Shown: in pieces, positions 28,499 through 38,376 of the stretch
How the letters are laid out: the number at the start of each line of letters is the position of its first letter
How positions within the stretch are numbered: the stretch's first letter is position 1
Assembly: GCA_964588805.1 (NCBI GenBank)
Contig: CAZPRJ010000002.1
Location: 71,586 to 135,585, forward strand
Length of the DNA: 64,000 bases
DNA from: an uncultured Microcoleus sp.
GTDB taxonomy: Bacteria > Cyanobacteriota > Cyanobacteriia > Cyanobacteriales > Coleofasciculaceae
Direction of reading: 5' to 3'
The notes under the pieces: generated by a model
Told to the model about the DNA's origin: nothing
Database searches by the model: none
The model's input: the letters and a program-made list of their open reading frames with translations, nothing else
Program-made: the position numbers and the translations under genes

Positions 28499-28576
28499 AA
28501 CCTAGTTTGTAGTAGGCGCTTAGGCGTTTTCTGCACTAAAGTGCGAACTACGAACCTAGAGTTTCTTGTAAGTTTT

Positions 28577-31222
28577 TTAACTTTTTTGAACGAGTGAGTT
28601 ATTTCCGCCACGCTGTACTATGCCAGCCTCCAAGGAACCACGAGTAACGCCCAATTGATTTTGCAATTTCAGTTCTCGCCACAGTTGAGAACCTATGATT
28701 TCTCCTTGGATTAATTGACGATAACGATGAATAATTTGAGTGACTTGATAGGGTGTTTCGTTAACAAATTCAATGCGGAAATAACCCACACCCAGTTCTA
28801 TCAATCGCTGCACATATTCTGCTCCCGTTTGGGCAGTGCCATTAAATACGGTATTTCGACAACCAGCATCCGCTTGTAGGATGTGTTCGGTGCCAACTCT
28901 ATCGCGTAATTTCACCTCATGTTTCTCACATGGGCGTCCGCAGTTGGTGTAGTCTGTTCCGGTCGAAAGAAAGGCGCAAAATACACAATGTTCCATGTGA
29001 AACATCGGTATATGTTGATGAATTGTCACCTCAAACCAGGGGGGAGGGCAACTTGTTAACAGGTCTTCCAGTTGGTTAATATTCAGGTCGTAGGAGGCCG
29101 TCAGCCGTTTTAATCCAAGTTGCTTAAAGTAGTCGGCAGTGAGAGGATTGGCAACGTTGAGCGAAAAATCGCCAATACACTTTTCTGCTGCAAAAAACTG
29201 AAGGTGGTCATAGTTTCGCACCAGATAGCCATCCGCCTCGCAGGAACGGACTTGCTGCAAAATATAATTCTCTCCCGATTTGGTAATCCGAGGTGGTGCA
29301 ACCCAAATGGTAGGACACGATTTTAGATTATCTTGCTCCTCCGCACTCCCGCACCCCTGCCCCCCCGCACTCCCCCACCCTCGCACCAATTGCACGGCTT
29401 CCCGGTAAGCACGAGGGTCTTCAAATTCGCAATAAATTGTCTCGATTCCGGCTTGGAGTGCGGCTTGCAGTTGCTTCAGGTTACGCACTAATACGATGAG
29501 ATGGGGGGAGTGGGGGAGTGGGGGAGTGGAAGAATGGGGGAGTAAGTCTTGGAGGCAAGCGTCTGAGTTGAGTTGCCAGCGTTTGGGTTGTGTTCTCAAG
29601 TCTTCTAACTGTGCCACTATCTCCCGTCGCATACGGTTCAACTCACTGACGGGGAGCATTGCTGCACATTTTAGGTAATTTGTCAAGTTCCCTAACTGGA
29701 AAGGGGTGTTACCTAGACGGCCAAACTGTTCTTGTAAGCGTTCTGTGGTGAGGGGTTTGGTGTGGGCTTCAGTGAGGGGGATGGAGGATTCAACCTGGGC
29801 AATATGGCCGAACTCGTCCCGTGCGATCGCCATTAAGGGCTGACTGATTTCGCCATACACTTCAAAGTGAATCGGACGCTGGTATTGGGGCGTTTCTCCC
29901 GCAAAACTTTGCCGCAGTTGTCGATCCAGTTCTGGGTCGCTAGTTTTCCAAACTTTATCACCGATATGCACTCGCCGCAGATTCAAGTCCCGTCGGCCGA
30001 AGGTCAACACAGTATTTTGGCCTCGTTGTTCTACAGCATAAATCCTGCCCCCTTCTTCCCGGACTTCAGGGCGGCCACAGTCGAAAACGACTCCATCTCC
30101 AGGTTTGATGGGGGCTTGTCGTTGGATTGTCACTTTATCTTTATCAATCCGAGTGACTTGGCCAAGGTAAACACCACGCTTTTTACCAAATCGGGCGTGT
30201 ACCAGTTCTTGATTATTAATCCCACCAAACCATCCTGTATAAAGTCCGCGAGAGAAGGCCATCTCTAGGTTGTAGCGTTCTGAGGCGGTAGCGAATTGTT
30301 GGATGTCTGCTGTTTTTTGCCTTTTGCCTCTTGCCTTCTGCCCCGTTAAGATTGCCTCTCCAGGGTTCAACTGTGCCATGACTCGATCCAACGCTTGGCG
30401 ATATACACGGGTGACATTGGCAACATATTCAGGTGTTTTCAGGCGGCCTTCGATCTTGAGACAACTTACACCAGCTTGAACTAAGTCAGGAAGAACCTCT
30501 AAACCGGCTAAGTCTTGGGGACTGAGGAGGTATTTGCGATCGCCCAATTCTACCTCATGTCCATCAGCAATCAGTTCGTATGGCATTCGGCAAGCTTGGG
30601 CGCATTCGCCTCGGTTTGCAGAACGTCCTCCTAGTGCCTCACTCGTCAAACACTGGCCGGAATAGGCGACACACAATGCACCATGCACGAAGACTTCTAG
30701 GGGAAGTGAGGCGTTGCGTTGTGCCAGTTGCTTCTGAATTTTGTTGATTTCTTTGAGGGAACACTCGCGGGCAAGTACTACTAACTCACAACCGAGTGAC
30801 TGGGCAAATTCTACCCCAGTGGCACTGGTAATGGTCATCTGGGTCGAGGCATGGATGGGAAAATCGGGAGAAAGATGACGAATGAGGCGACAAATTCCGA
30901 CATCCTGAACAATGACTGCATCCACACCAGCAGCAATAATAGTGCGGAGATATTGTTCTGCTTCGATGAGTTCCTTGGGGAAAACGAGAGTATTGAGGGT
31001 GATGTAGCCCTTGACACCCCGATGGTGGAGAAATTCCATCAATGGGGGTAAATCTGCTTCAGTGAAGTTTTGCGCCCGCATTCGGGCATTAAACCGATCT
31101 AATCCAAAGTAAATCGCATCTGCCCCATTTTCTACGGCAGCTTTGGCACAGTCCCAATGTCCGGCGGGGGCGAGGAGTTCGGGTTGGCTAAAAGTGGGGA
31201 GGGGTTGGCGATGGGCTTTCAT
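28577..31222 (-). CDS. Peptidase U32 family protein with tandem U32 modules and central DUF3656-like region
   Basis: 881 aa; N-terminal U32 motifs (GADAIYFG...), second U32-like half (AGIETIYCEFEDP...). Two STRR-like G-rich repeat tracts are embedded in-frame. Confidence 0.8.
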   Translation of the reverse strand: MKAHRQPLPTFSQPELLAPAGHWDCAKAAVENGADAIYFGLDRFNARMRAQNFTEADLPPLMEFLHHRGVKGYITLNTLVFPKELIEAEQYLRTIIAAGVDAVIVQDVGICRLIRHLSPDFPIHASTQMTITSATGVEFAQSLGCELVVLARECSLKEINKIQKQLAQRNASLPLEVFVHGALCVAYSGQCLTSEALGGRSANRGECAQACRMPYELIADGHEVELGDRKYLLSPQDLAGLEVLPDLVQAGVSCLKIEGRLKTPEYVANVTRVYRQALDRVMAQLNPGEAILTGQKARGKRQKTADIQQFATASERYNLEMAFSRGLYTGWFGGINNQELVHARFGKKRGVYLGQVTRIDKDKVTIQRQAPIKPGDGVVFDCGRPEVREEGGRIYAVEQRGQNTVLTFGRRDLNLRRVHIGDKVWKTSDPELDRQLRQSFAGETPQYQRPIHFEVYGEISQPLMAIARDEFGHIAQVESSIPLTEAHTKPLTTERLQEQFGRLGNTPFQLGNLTNYLKCAAMLPVSELNRMRREIVAQLEDLRTQPKRWQLNSDACLQDLLPHSSTPPLPHSPHLIVLVRNLKQLQAALQAGIETIYCEFEDPRAYREAVQLVRGWGSAGGQGCGSAEEQDNLKSCPTIWVAPPRITKSGENYILQQVRSCEADGYLVRNYDHLQFFAAEKCIGDFSLNVANPLTADYFKQLGLKRLTASYDLNINQLEDLLTSCPPPWFEVTIHQHIPMFHMEHCVFCAFLSTGTDYTNCGRPCEKHEVKLRDRVGTEHILQADAGCRNTVFNGTAQTGAEYVQRLIELGVGYFRIEFVNETPYQVTQIIHRYRQLIQGEIIGSQLWRELKLQNQLGVTRGSLEAGIVQRGGNNSLVQKS

Positions 31223-31351
31223 TGGACTCGATTTTTATTATCGCAGTGAGGAGATAGGAGCTTTTAAATTTTAGCGATATCCTTAATTCAAAGTAGAAGC
31301 GATCGCTCCTCATCATCCCCAGCAACAGCGAGTGTACGGTAAGTTAAGTTA

Positions 31352-31654
31352 ATGGCATACGCTATCGAATTCGCTGAGTCTGTCAAAGAACAGCTCAAAG
31401 CCTTATCTGCTAGAGAGCGAGTCATAGTTATTGAGGCTATTGAAGAGCAACTCTTATACGAACCTTTAACGGAAACACGCAACCGTAAGCTACTTCGTCC
31501 TAATCCAATTGCACCTTGGGAATTACGAATTGGTTTTCTACGGGTTTTTTATGAGGTTGCATCTGAACAGCCCGATATAGTACACATACTGGCAGTTGGC
31601 CGAAAAGAAGGCAACAAGTTAATTATCGCAGGACAAGAGGTGGAGCTAGGATGA
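31352..31654 (+). CDS. RelE/ParE-superfamily type II toxin
   Basis: 100 aa; family pattern (IEFAESVKEQLKAL...WELRIGFLRVFYEV...DIVHILAVGRKEG). Confidence 0.65.
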   Translation: MAYAIEFAESVKEQLKALSARERVIVIEAIEEQLLYEPLTETRNRKLLRPNPIAPWELRIGFLRVFYEVASEQPDIVHILAVGRKEGNKLIIAGQEVELG

Positions 31655-31902
31655 AAACGATTGAACTTTCCACAGCATTACAGCCTTTATCCGCCTATGC
31701 GGAAGAATTCAGTAATGAGATAGTGGTTTTGACCCTACATGGTAAAGCAATCGCTGCGGTTGTTTCTCTTCAAGAGGTCGATCCGGAGTCGCTATTACTC
31801 AGCATGAATCCAGAGTTTATGCAAATTATTCAACAGGCAAGGGATGAGTTTAAGGTAGGCAAAAAGCTGTCGCTTGAGGAAATGAAGCGGGAAATTTTAT
31901 GA
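31651..31902 (+). CDS. Putative antitoxin (Phd/YefM-like), overlaps the toxin stop by 4 bp
   Basis: 83 aa, ATGA overlap indicates translational coupling; small acidic C-terminus. Confidence 0.5.
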   Translation: MKTIELSTALQPLSAYAEEFSNEIVVLTLHGKAIAAVVSLQEVDPESLLLSMNPEFMQIIQQARDEFKVGKKLSLEEMKREIL

Positions 31903-32032
31903 GATTCTCCTCCTAACTTATATCGAATTTTATTTAATCATTTGTTGTTCCTCCATTCCAGGCATTTCTGGCGAGAAATGGATGGTATTTTTGAATGCCA
32001 TCATGTTCTAAAGCCGTCAAAAATACCAAACC

Positions 32033-33316
32033 TTAAACCCCAACAGCCGAGCGCAAATATAGCTCCTGCACCACCTTAGCCAATCGCTTCATCCCCATTT
32101 CAATTTCGGCATTACTTGCTGTTAAACTAATACGAATACATTGCTGCTTATGAATCCAATTTTCCCGCAATCCTGGAAAGAATGTACTCCCCGGTACACA
32201 AATCACACCAACTTTCTTTAATTCTTGATACAATTCCCAATCGGTAATCGGTAAATCCTGCAACCACAACCAAGCAAAGATTGCCCCTTCACCTCGATGT
32301 AAAAACCAAGGCAACTCTTGCGGCATGAATTGGTCAAGTGTGTTTTCTACAACATCAATTTTTTGTTGATAGTAAGGGCGAATAATATTAGTAGATATAT
32401 TAGCAAGTTCACCTGATGCGATCGCCCGTGCTGCAATTGCTTGCCCATAACGAGAGGAATGAATACATAAATTCGTCTGAAATGATTCCAAAATCCCAAT
32501 TATCGTAGGATTTCCAATCGCTACACCAATCCGTTCTCCTGGCAATCCAGCTTTAGAAAGACTCATGCAGTGAACAATATTATCTCCAAAAGTCGGCGTC
32601 ATTTCCGTATAGTTCATAGCGGGAAATGGAGGTGCATAAGCCGAATCAATCAACACTGGAATATCAAAGGGTACTGCAAGTGAGGCAATTTTTTCGACCT
32701 CTTCATCTGTCAAAACATTACCCGTTGGGTTGCAGGGGCGGGAGAAGATAACGCACCCTGTTTCTGCTGTAATAGATAGTTGGTTAAAGTCCGGGCGATA
32801 TTTAAATCGATGTGCCTTTTCGTCTATATCTAATGTGGGCTTATAAGCAACAACGGCCTCCGGTGTTAAACTAACTCCACCGTAGCCGGTATAATCAGGA
32901 CTTAAAGGAAGAACGATTTGTTTTAAGTTCCCCTCTGCGGTGTATCCTCCGAAAACATTAGCGGCATAAAAGTAAATAGATTGACTACCTGGAGTAATGA
33001 GAATATTGCGATCGCTCAAATTCAACCCGTAGCGTTGATTGAAATCCTTGGCGATCGCTTCAATTAACGGCTGATATCCTTGACTAGAACCATAGCGACA
33101 GACGACTTCTCCGTATTCTGGACTTGCTAAGAGTTCTGCTGTACAATCCCGCCAAAGTTGCTCAACTTCCGGCAAAATCACCGGATTTCCCGCACTTAAA
33201 TTAATAAATTCTTGTCCTTCTCCGGCTTTTAGTGTTTCAATAATATCTTTCATAATTGCCCGAACACCGGTCAGTTTGGACATTTGAGTGCCGAATTGAG
33301 TTAAAGCAGGGTTCAT
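32033..33316 (-). CDS. PLP-dependent aminotransferase, valine-pyruvate transaminase (AvtA)-like
   Basis: 427 aa class I/II aminotransferase fold; N-terminal region resembles AvtA. Confidence 0.8.
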   Translation of the reverse strand: MNPALTQFGTQMSKLTGVRAIMKDIIETLKAGEGQEFINLSAGNPVILPEVEQLWRDCTAELLASPEYGEVVCRYGSSQGYQPLIEAIAKDFNQRYGLNLSDRNILITPGSQSIYFYAANVFGGYTAEGNLKQIVLPLSPDYTGYGGVSLTPEAVVAYKPTLDIDEKAHRFKYRPDFNQLSITAETGCVIFSRPCNPTGNVLTDEEVEKIASLAVPFDIPVLIDSAYAPPFPAMNYTEMTPTFGDNIVHCMSLSKAGLPGERIGVAIGNPTIIGILESFQTNLCIHSSRYGQAIAARAIASGELANISTNIIRPYYQQKIDVVENTLDQFMPQELPWFLHRGEGAIFAWLWLQDLPITDWELYQELKKVGVICVPGSTFFPGLRENWIHKQQCIRISLTASNAEIEMGMKRLAKVVQELYLRSAVGV

Positions 33317-33641
33317 AGGTTATCTAATATTAAAGGAGAGAGCGGTTGACTAAGTTTGGAGTAGACTGGCTTAATATTATCACTTTTTATGAACAGTTTA
33401 ATCGGGGTAGTATAGATTAGTGCATAGAATTATTGGGCAATATTCCACCTTCTTAATTGCCACATAGTACAGTCGCTAATTTATAAAACTACATAGAACA
33501 GTTCTTGGTTTAACGTTGTGAAAACTTCCTATTTTCTAGTTAAAAATCTCCAATTTTAATGGGTGTCACACAATACCCCCCACTATCCAGCAAATCTTAG
33601 TTAGAGTTTGGATAGTCGAATGCAATGAACAAACAGGAATT

Positions 33642-34118
33642 ATGAGTACTGTTAAACGCCTTCTGTTAGCGGGTATCCTGATTGCAGGTAGTGCCAGCTT
33701 ACTGAGTTTGCCCCCTGTCATCGCTCAAGTCAAGAACTCTCATTGGCTAGCCGAATTACAACCCCCTCCAGTGACTACACCTCCTGTAGAGAACTTGCAA
33801 ACCCCTGCAGCTACTGTTAGCTTACCCAATCAACAGGTTGATATTACTTTAGTAAACCAGACGGGGACAGAGATAGTTTACCAAGTGCTTGGAGAACTGA
33901 ATCAATCAACGTTAAGTGCTGCTGGCATGAACACATTGAGTCAACAAGGAGTCCCGTTTAATCTTAGTTTTTATCGTCCCGATCGCGGCCCGATTGAAGT
34001 AACGGCTGAGGTGGTAAAACCGGGGGAATTGCGGGTAATTTTTCAGCGTGGTTCCAGTCTTGATATCGATCGCATTTCTCTAACGGTGCAAAAGTCTGGA
34101 GAAGTTTTCTTGAATTAA
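33642..34118 (+). CDS. Secreted hypothetical protein
   Basis: Signal peptide MSTVKRLLLAGILIAGSASLLS. Confidence 0.4.
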   Translation: MSTVKRLLLAGILIAGSASLLSLPPVIAQVKNSHWLAELQPPPVTTPPVENLQTPAATVSLPNQQVDITLVNQTGTEIVYQVLGELNQSTLSAAGMNTLSQQGVPFNLSFYRPDRGPIEVTAEVVKPGELRVIFQRGSSLDIDRISLTVQKSGEVFLN

Positions 34119-34541
34119 GCTAAAGTGCATAAAATATTGCACATTCTAAACGCAGGATAAAAGCACTTAAATCCTCTCCCCTGCTCCCCCGCCGCCTCAA
34201 CCAGCTTTCTTAATGCGTAATATCATGTCCGGCTGAATACTTACACTTTGGTAGGAATAAGGCAGATGGCAGAAGGAAAGGAGGAAGGTTGCAAGGTAAA
34301 GGAAAATAATGACTGTTTAGGCGGACATGATATAACAGCTTAATAGGGCTTAGGTTTGAGTTGGCCATATAGTCTCTGATTGCTCCCCTCGCTTCTAACG
34401 TTGCAGTAAAAGCACAAACAACTAACAACCAAAAACAAATAACAAAGCGGCGGACACTTATACCTCCCCTCCCAAGAAGGAAAGGGCTTCCCGCCGCTTT
34501 CCGTAAATCTCTACACTAAAGATAGAGCAAGGTGGAATGAA

Positions 34542-35384
34542 ATGGGTGTTTGGCAAGCTGATTTTTATCGCCGTCCATTGCAGGATGCAACAGGGCAAGT
34601 GTTGTGGGAGTTGTTAATTTATGATGCCACAGGCCACTTTACTTATGAAGCGTTTTGTCCTCAGTCTGAGGCCAATGCGAATTGGTTAGTTTCCCAACTT
34701 AGGCAGGCCGCAGGCGAGAATCTCCCCGATGTGATTCAAGTTTTTCGCCCCCAGTCCTTAAGTTTGATGGAAGTGGCGGCGCAACCACTGGGGATTAAGG
34801 TGGAAGCAACGCGACACACAGCAGCCTTGAAGCAATGGTTGCAGGAACGTGCATCCCAATATCCTCAGCAGGAGAATTATACGGGAGAGGCTTATAATCC
34901 GATCGCTGTGGATAAACCCCCACCCCTACCCCTACCCGAAAATCTTTGGGGCGATCGCTGGCGTTTTGCCGCACTTCCGGCCGGAGAGATGGAGGAAGCG
35001 TTTCGCGATCGCCCGATTCCTATTCTGGAAATGCCGGATTCTCGGTTGCCTCTCAAGTTAGGTATTGCCTCAACGGTAGCCATTCCAGGCGTTGTTATTG
35101 ATGGAGGCCGCCAGTCGATGCAACTGGCGCGTTGGCTTCAGGATGCCAAACCAGTTTCGTTGAACTACATTCCCGGTGCCCCAGATGGGTTAATTTTAGA
35201 AGCTGGATTGGTAGATCGATGGGTGGTTGCCACGTTTGAAGATAAAGATGTTGCTGCTGCGGCGCGGATGTATCAGCAGCGTCAATCGTTGAGTTTAGGA
35301 TTACATTTTTTGCTAGTGCAACCGGATGATTCAGGGATGACTTATACCGGTTTTTGGTTATTGCGAGGAGAGATTGTAATGTAA
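34542..35384 (+). CDS. Tab2/ATAB2-family (DUF1092) RNA-binding protein
   Basis: N-terminal GVWQADFYRRPLQD...WELLIYD matches the DUF1092/Tab2 signature. Confidence 0.6.
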   Translation: MGVWQADFYRRPLQDATGQVLWELLIYDATGHFTYEAFCPQSEANANWLVSQLRQAAGENLPDVIQVFRPQSLSLMEVAAQPLGIKVEATRHTAALKQWLQERASQYPQQENYTGEAYNPIAVDKPPPLPLPENLWGDRWRFAALPAGEMEEAFRDRPIPILEMPDSRLPLKLGIASTVAIPGVVIDGGRQSMQLARWLQDAKPVSLNYIPGAPDGLILEAGLVDRWVVATFEDKDVAAAARMYQQRQSLSLGLHFLLVQPDDSGMTYTGFWLLRGEIVM

Positions 35385-35633
35385 GTCTACAGATACAGAA
35401 CGAAGCCCATCGATATACAAAAGAAGCATTTTCCCGACTCGATGCTATTTTTCAGCAACGATTGTCAATTTTCAACCACTAGTTGAGAATCACTCACTTG
35501 CATCTCCTGCCTAGAGAGGAACCCAAACCTAAGCCTTCTACCTCAAGGAAGAGGAGATTACCTCCCTCCTTGAATAAAACTTTGATAGAAACAGCTAGGA
35601 AACCTGAAAAATCAACCATTCCCTCTAGAGGAT

Positions 35634-36050
35634 ATGATGCAGCTTTTAAAAATGAAATTCAAATTCAGCAACCTACGGACATTGATAGCCGTATGCTTAA
35701 TACAACTAGTCCTATTTTTGGGTTTATCAATTAGCAATTTTGGCATTGCCGATGCTCAAGCTAAACCTCTGACTCTAGTTGCTGAGTTATATCGAGAAAA
35801 ACCCTTAAATCTAGACGAAGCTGCTGACAAATCTTCAGATGCTTCCCAAAAAGTCCTTGAAGATATAGAGACTACTAAAAAAGTGATTGGTAAGACACCA
35901 AAGAGAAATGAATTTATCGAACGTGGGCGAGAAAAAGCCAGTAAAAAATGGAATGACTTAGCAGAGAAAGCTCAAAAATCCCAAAATTCTGATGAGTCTT
36001 TATCGGCTACCGAAGAACAGGCGCTCAAACGTTTCATCCGCAAAGACTAA
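35634..36050 (+). CDS. Secreted hypothetical protein, Lys/Glu-rich
   Basis: Signal peptide then charged low-complexity region. Confidence 0.35.
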   Translation: MMQLLKMKFKFSNLRTLIAVCLIQLVLFLGLSISNFGIADAQAKPLTLVAELYREKPLNLDEAADKSSDASQKVLEDIETTKKVIGKTPKRNEFIERGREKASKKWNDLAEKAQKSQNSDESLSATEEQALKRFIRKD

Positions 36051-36630
36051 GCGTCCAGTATTTCCCTCGTAGTTATTTAATGTCTCTGCCTTTTGCCTTC
36101 TGTTTTTTGCTATCAATGTGTAAATCCTACCAAATTCCCGAAAATTTTGCTAATTTTGACTAAATAGCATCGTTAAGAGCCATGAAATTAGAGGTAGGCT
36201 TCATCTTTACCGACTCGCAAACAGGCTTCTCTTGGAAAATCGCGTCTCCTTGGCTGAGTCGCTGGCGAAAACAGCAAATAGGGTGGATTTGTCAACGGGC
36301 AGGCTTTCATCCTCTACAAGACCCAATTTCCTCTTGGAAGGAACACGAAATTCTGCCTTTACTGAATGTTGAAAATCAATTAATGGATTACAACACCCAA
36401 TAATTTATATTAAACTGTCACGCTTACAAATGGCATTGTGACAATTACAAAAAGACTGGCTCTCCTTGAATTTACTAATTTGGAATTGCTCAATACGTGA
36501 GTTAATTTCAATGAATTAACTAGGATTCAAACTGTATCCCTAAGGGTATAACTCTCAGGGTGGATAATTTTATCTATCAATTGCTCTAAACTGTTGCGTG
36601 TAATACAAATAGTTTTGGAGACAATCTATT

Positions 36631-36984
36631 ATGGCTAAAGATAAATTACCCAAACATCAAGTTGATACTGATGTAGATACCTACGATAGAGGGATTGTAC
36701 CGGCTGAAACAGCAGCTCGAAAAGAAAGAGAAGGGGCAGAATATAAGCATGTACCCCAGGGTGATAAACCTGAAACTAGAGGTTATACCGTAGATAAAGA
36801 GGGACTTGCCAATAACTTTGCCATTGAACCTGAAATGTATGTCAATGAACCAGGCGATTTAAGAGAAGAACACGAGGAAGAGATTGCAGAACGAACTGAA
36901 GAATTTAGAGAAGTCAACGAAGATAAAGATGGGCAATTGACAATGGAATCAGACAAGCGAGGTAAAGGTACAGGGATTATCTAA
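36631..36984 (+). CDS. Acidic hypothetical protein
   Basis: 117 aa, highly charged; no recognised domain. Confidence 0.4.
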   Translation: MAKDKLPKHQVDTDVDTYDRGIVPAETAARKEREGAEYKHVPQGDKPETRGYTVDKEGLANNFAIEPEMYVNEPGDLREEHEEEIAERTEEFREVNEDKDGQLTMESDKRGKGTGII

Positions 36985-37236
36985 TTCATTGGACGCAGGC
37001 AATCATTGATTTCATTTTAGATTCGTGTGATGTTCGATCACAAAAGGCGATCGCGTCTATCGCCTAATCTCAACCCTCAAATACCGTAAACCTCATTAAT
37101 CAAATAGCTGGCATGGAAAAATCTTCGATCAGCCAGCTAATTTTTTTTGTTTGCCTGAGATAGAAAATACATATTCATCCAAATTCTCGGTTTGCCGCTA
37201 AAATATCTTGGCGTTGACAATAAGAAGGCAAAAACG

Positions 37237-38109
37237 ATGGCTAAGGCAAAGATTGGGATTATTGGGGGTAGCGGACTGTATAAAATGGAAGCCCTCAAAG
37301 ACGTGGAAGAGGTACGAGTCGATACACCCTTTGGTACACCCTCAGATGCTTTCATTGTCGGTACACTTTCAGGCACACCCGTTGCTTTCTTAGCACGTCA
37401 TGGACGAAATCATCACCTCATGCCATCCGAGTTGCCATTTCGGGCAAATATCTATGCCATGAAGCAATTGGGTGTGGAATATCTCATCTCTGCTTCTGCT
37501 GTGGGTTCGCTTAAAGAAGAGGCGAAACCTTTAGATATGGTTGTACCCGACCAATTTATTGACCGGACTAAAAATCGAATTTCTACCTTTTTTGGAGAGG
37601 GAATTGTTGCTCACATTGCCTTTGGAAACCCAGTTTGCCCTAAAGTAGCTGGCGTTTTAGCTGATGCAGTAGCGAGTCTAGAGTTACCTGATGTGGCGCT
37701 ACACCGAGGAGGAACTTATGTTTGTATGGAAGGGCCTGCCTTTTCTACAAAAGCAGAATCCAATCTTTACCGCAGTTGGGGAGCCACTATTATCGGGATG
37801 ACAAATCTGCCAGAGGCCAAGCTGGCACGGGAAGCGGAAATTGCTTATGCGACATTAGCGCTGGTAACTGATTATGATTGCTGGCATCCCGACCATGACA
37901 GCGTAACGGTAGAAATGGTGATTGCTAATCTACAACGCAATGCTACCAATGCTCAGAAAGTGATTATAGAAACTGTGCGGCGTTTAGCTGAAAATCCGCC
38001 CATGTCGGAAGCTCATTCTGCATTGAAATATGCAATTTTGACCTCGTTAGATAAAGTGCCAACTGCAACCAAGGATAAGTTAGGATTGTTGCTGAAAAAG
38101 TACTTGTAG
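37237..38109 (+). CDS. mtnP: S-methyl-5'-thioadenosine phosphorylase
   Basis: [12 protein letters not shown]-terminus and PNP/MTAP fold motifs; start at [11 protein letters not shown]. Confidence 0.9.
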   Translation: MAKAKIGIIGGSGLYKMEALKDVEEVRVDTPFGTPSDAFIVGTLSGTPVAFLARHGRNHHLMPSELPFRANIYAMKQLGVEYLISASAVGSLKEEAKPLDMVVPDQFIDRTKNRISTFFGEGIVAHIAFGNPVCPKVAGVLADAVASLELPDVALHRGGTYVCMEGPAFSTKAESNLYRSWGATIIGMTNLPEAKLAREAEIAYATLALVTDYDCWHPDHDSVTVEMVIANLQRNATNAQKVIIETVRRLAENPPMSEAHSALKYAILTSLDKVPTATKDKLGLLLKKYL

Positions 38110-38222
38110 TCGTTCATTGCATTAATTGTGAGAGGTTAAATCTTGTTCGTAGTAAGCGCTTCAGCGCTTTTCTTGCAACTATAAACTTATCAGAATTAAT
38201 GAGTTGTTGACTAAACTGAATA

Positions 38223-38312
38223 GGACTTATGCAAGAACACCATATATACCAAGGGCGCACGTCGTTGTAACCCTACCAAAGGTAGTTCAAAATTCAATTT
38301 GCGTAAGTCCTG
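38223..38312. mobile_element. MITE-like dispersed repeat, copy E
   Basis: AGGACTTATGC...CAAGGGCGCACG...CAATTTGCGTAAGTCCTG. Confidence 0.55.
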
Positions 38313-38376
38313 TTGAAGTAAGACAATTAGGTTTTGGCTGGAGAACTGGAATTAAAATTAATATTTCTGTGTTGCA

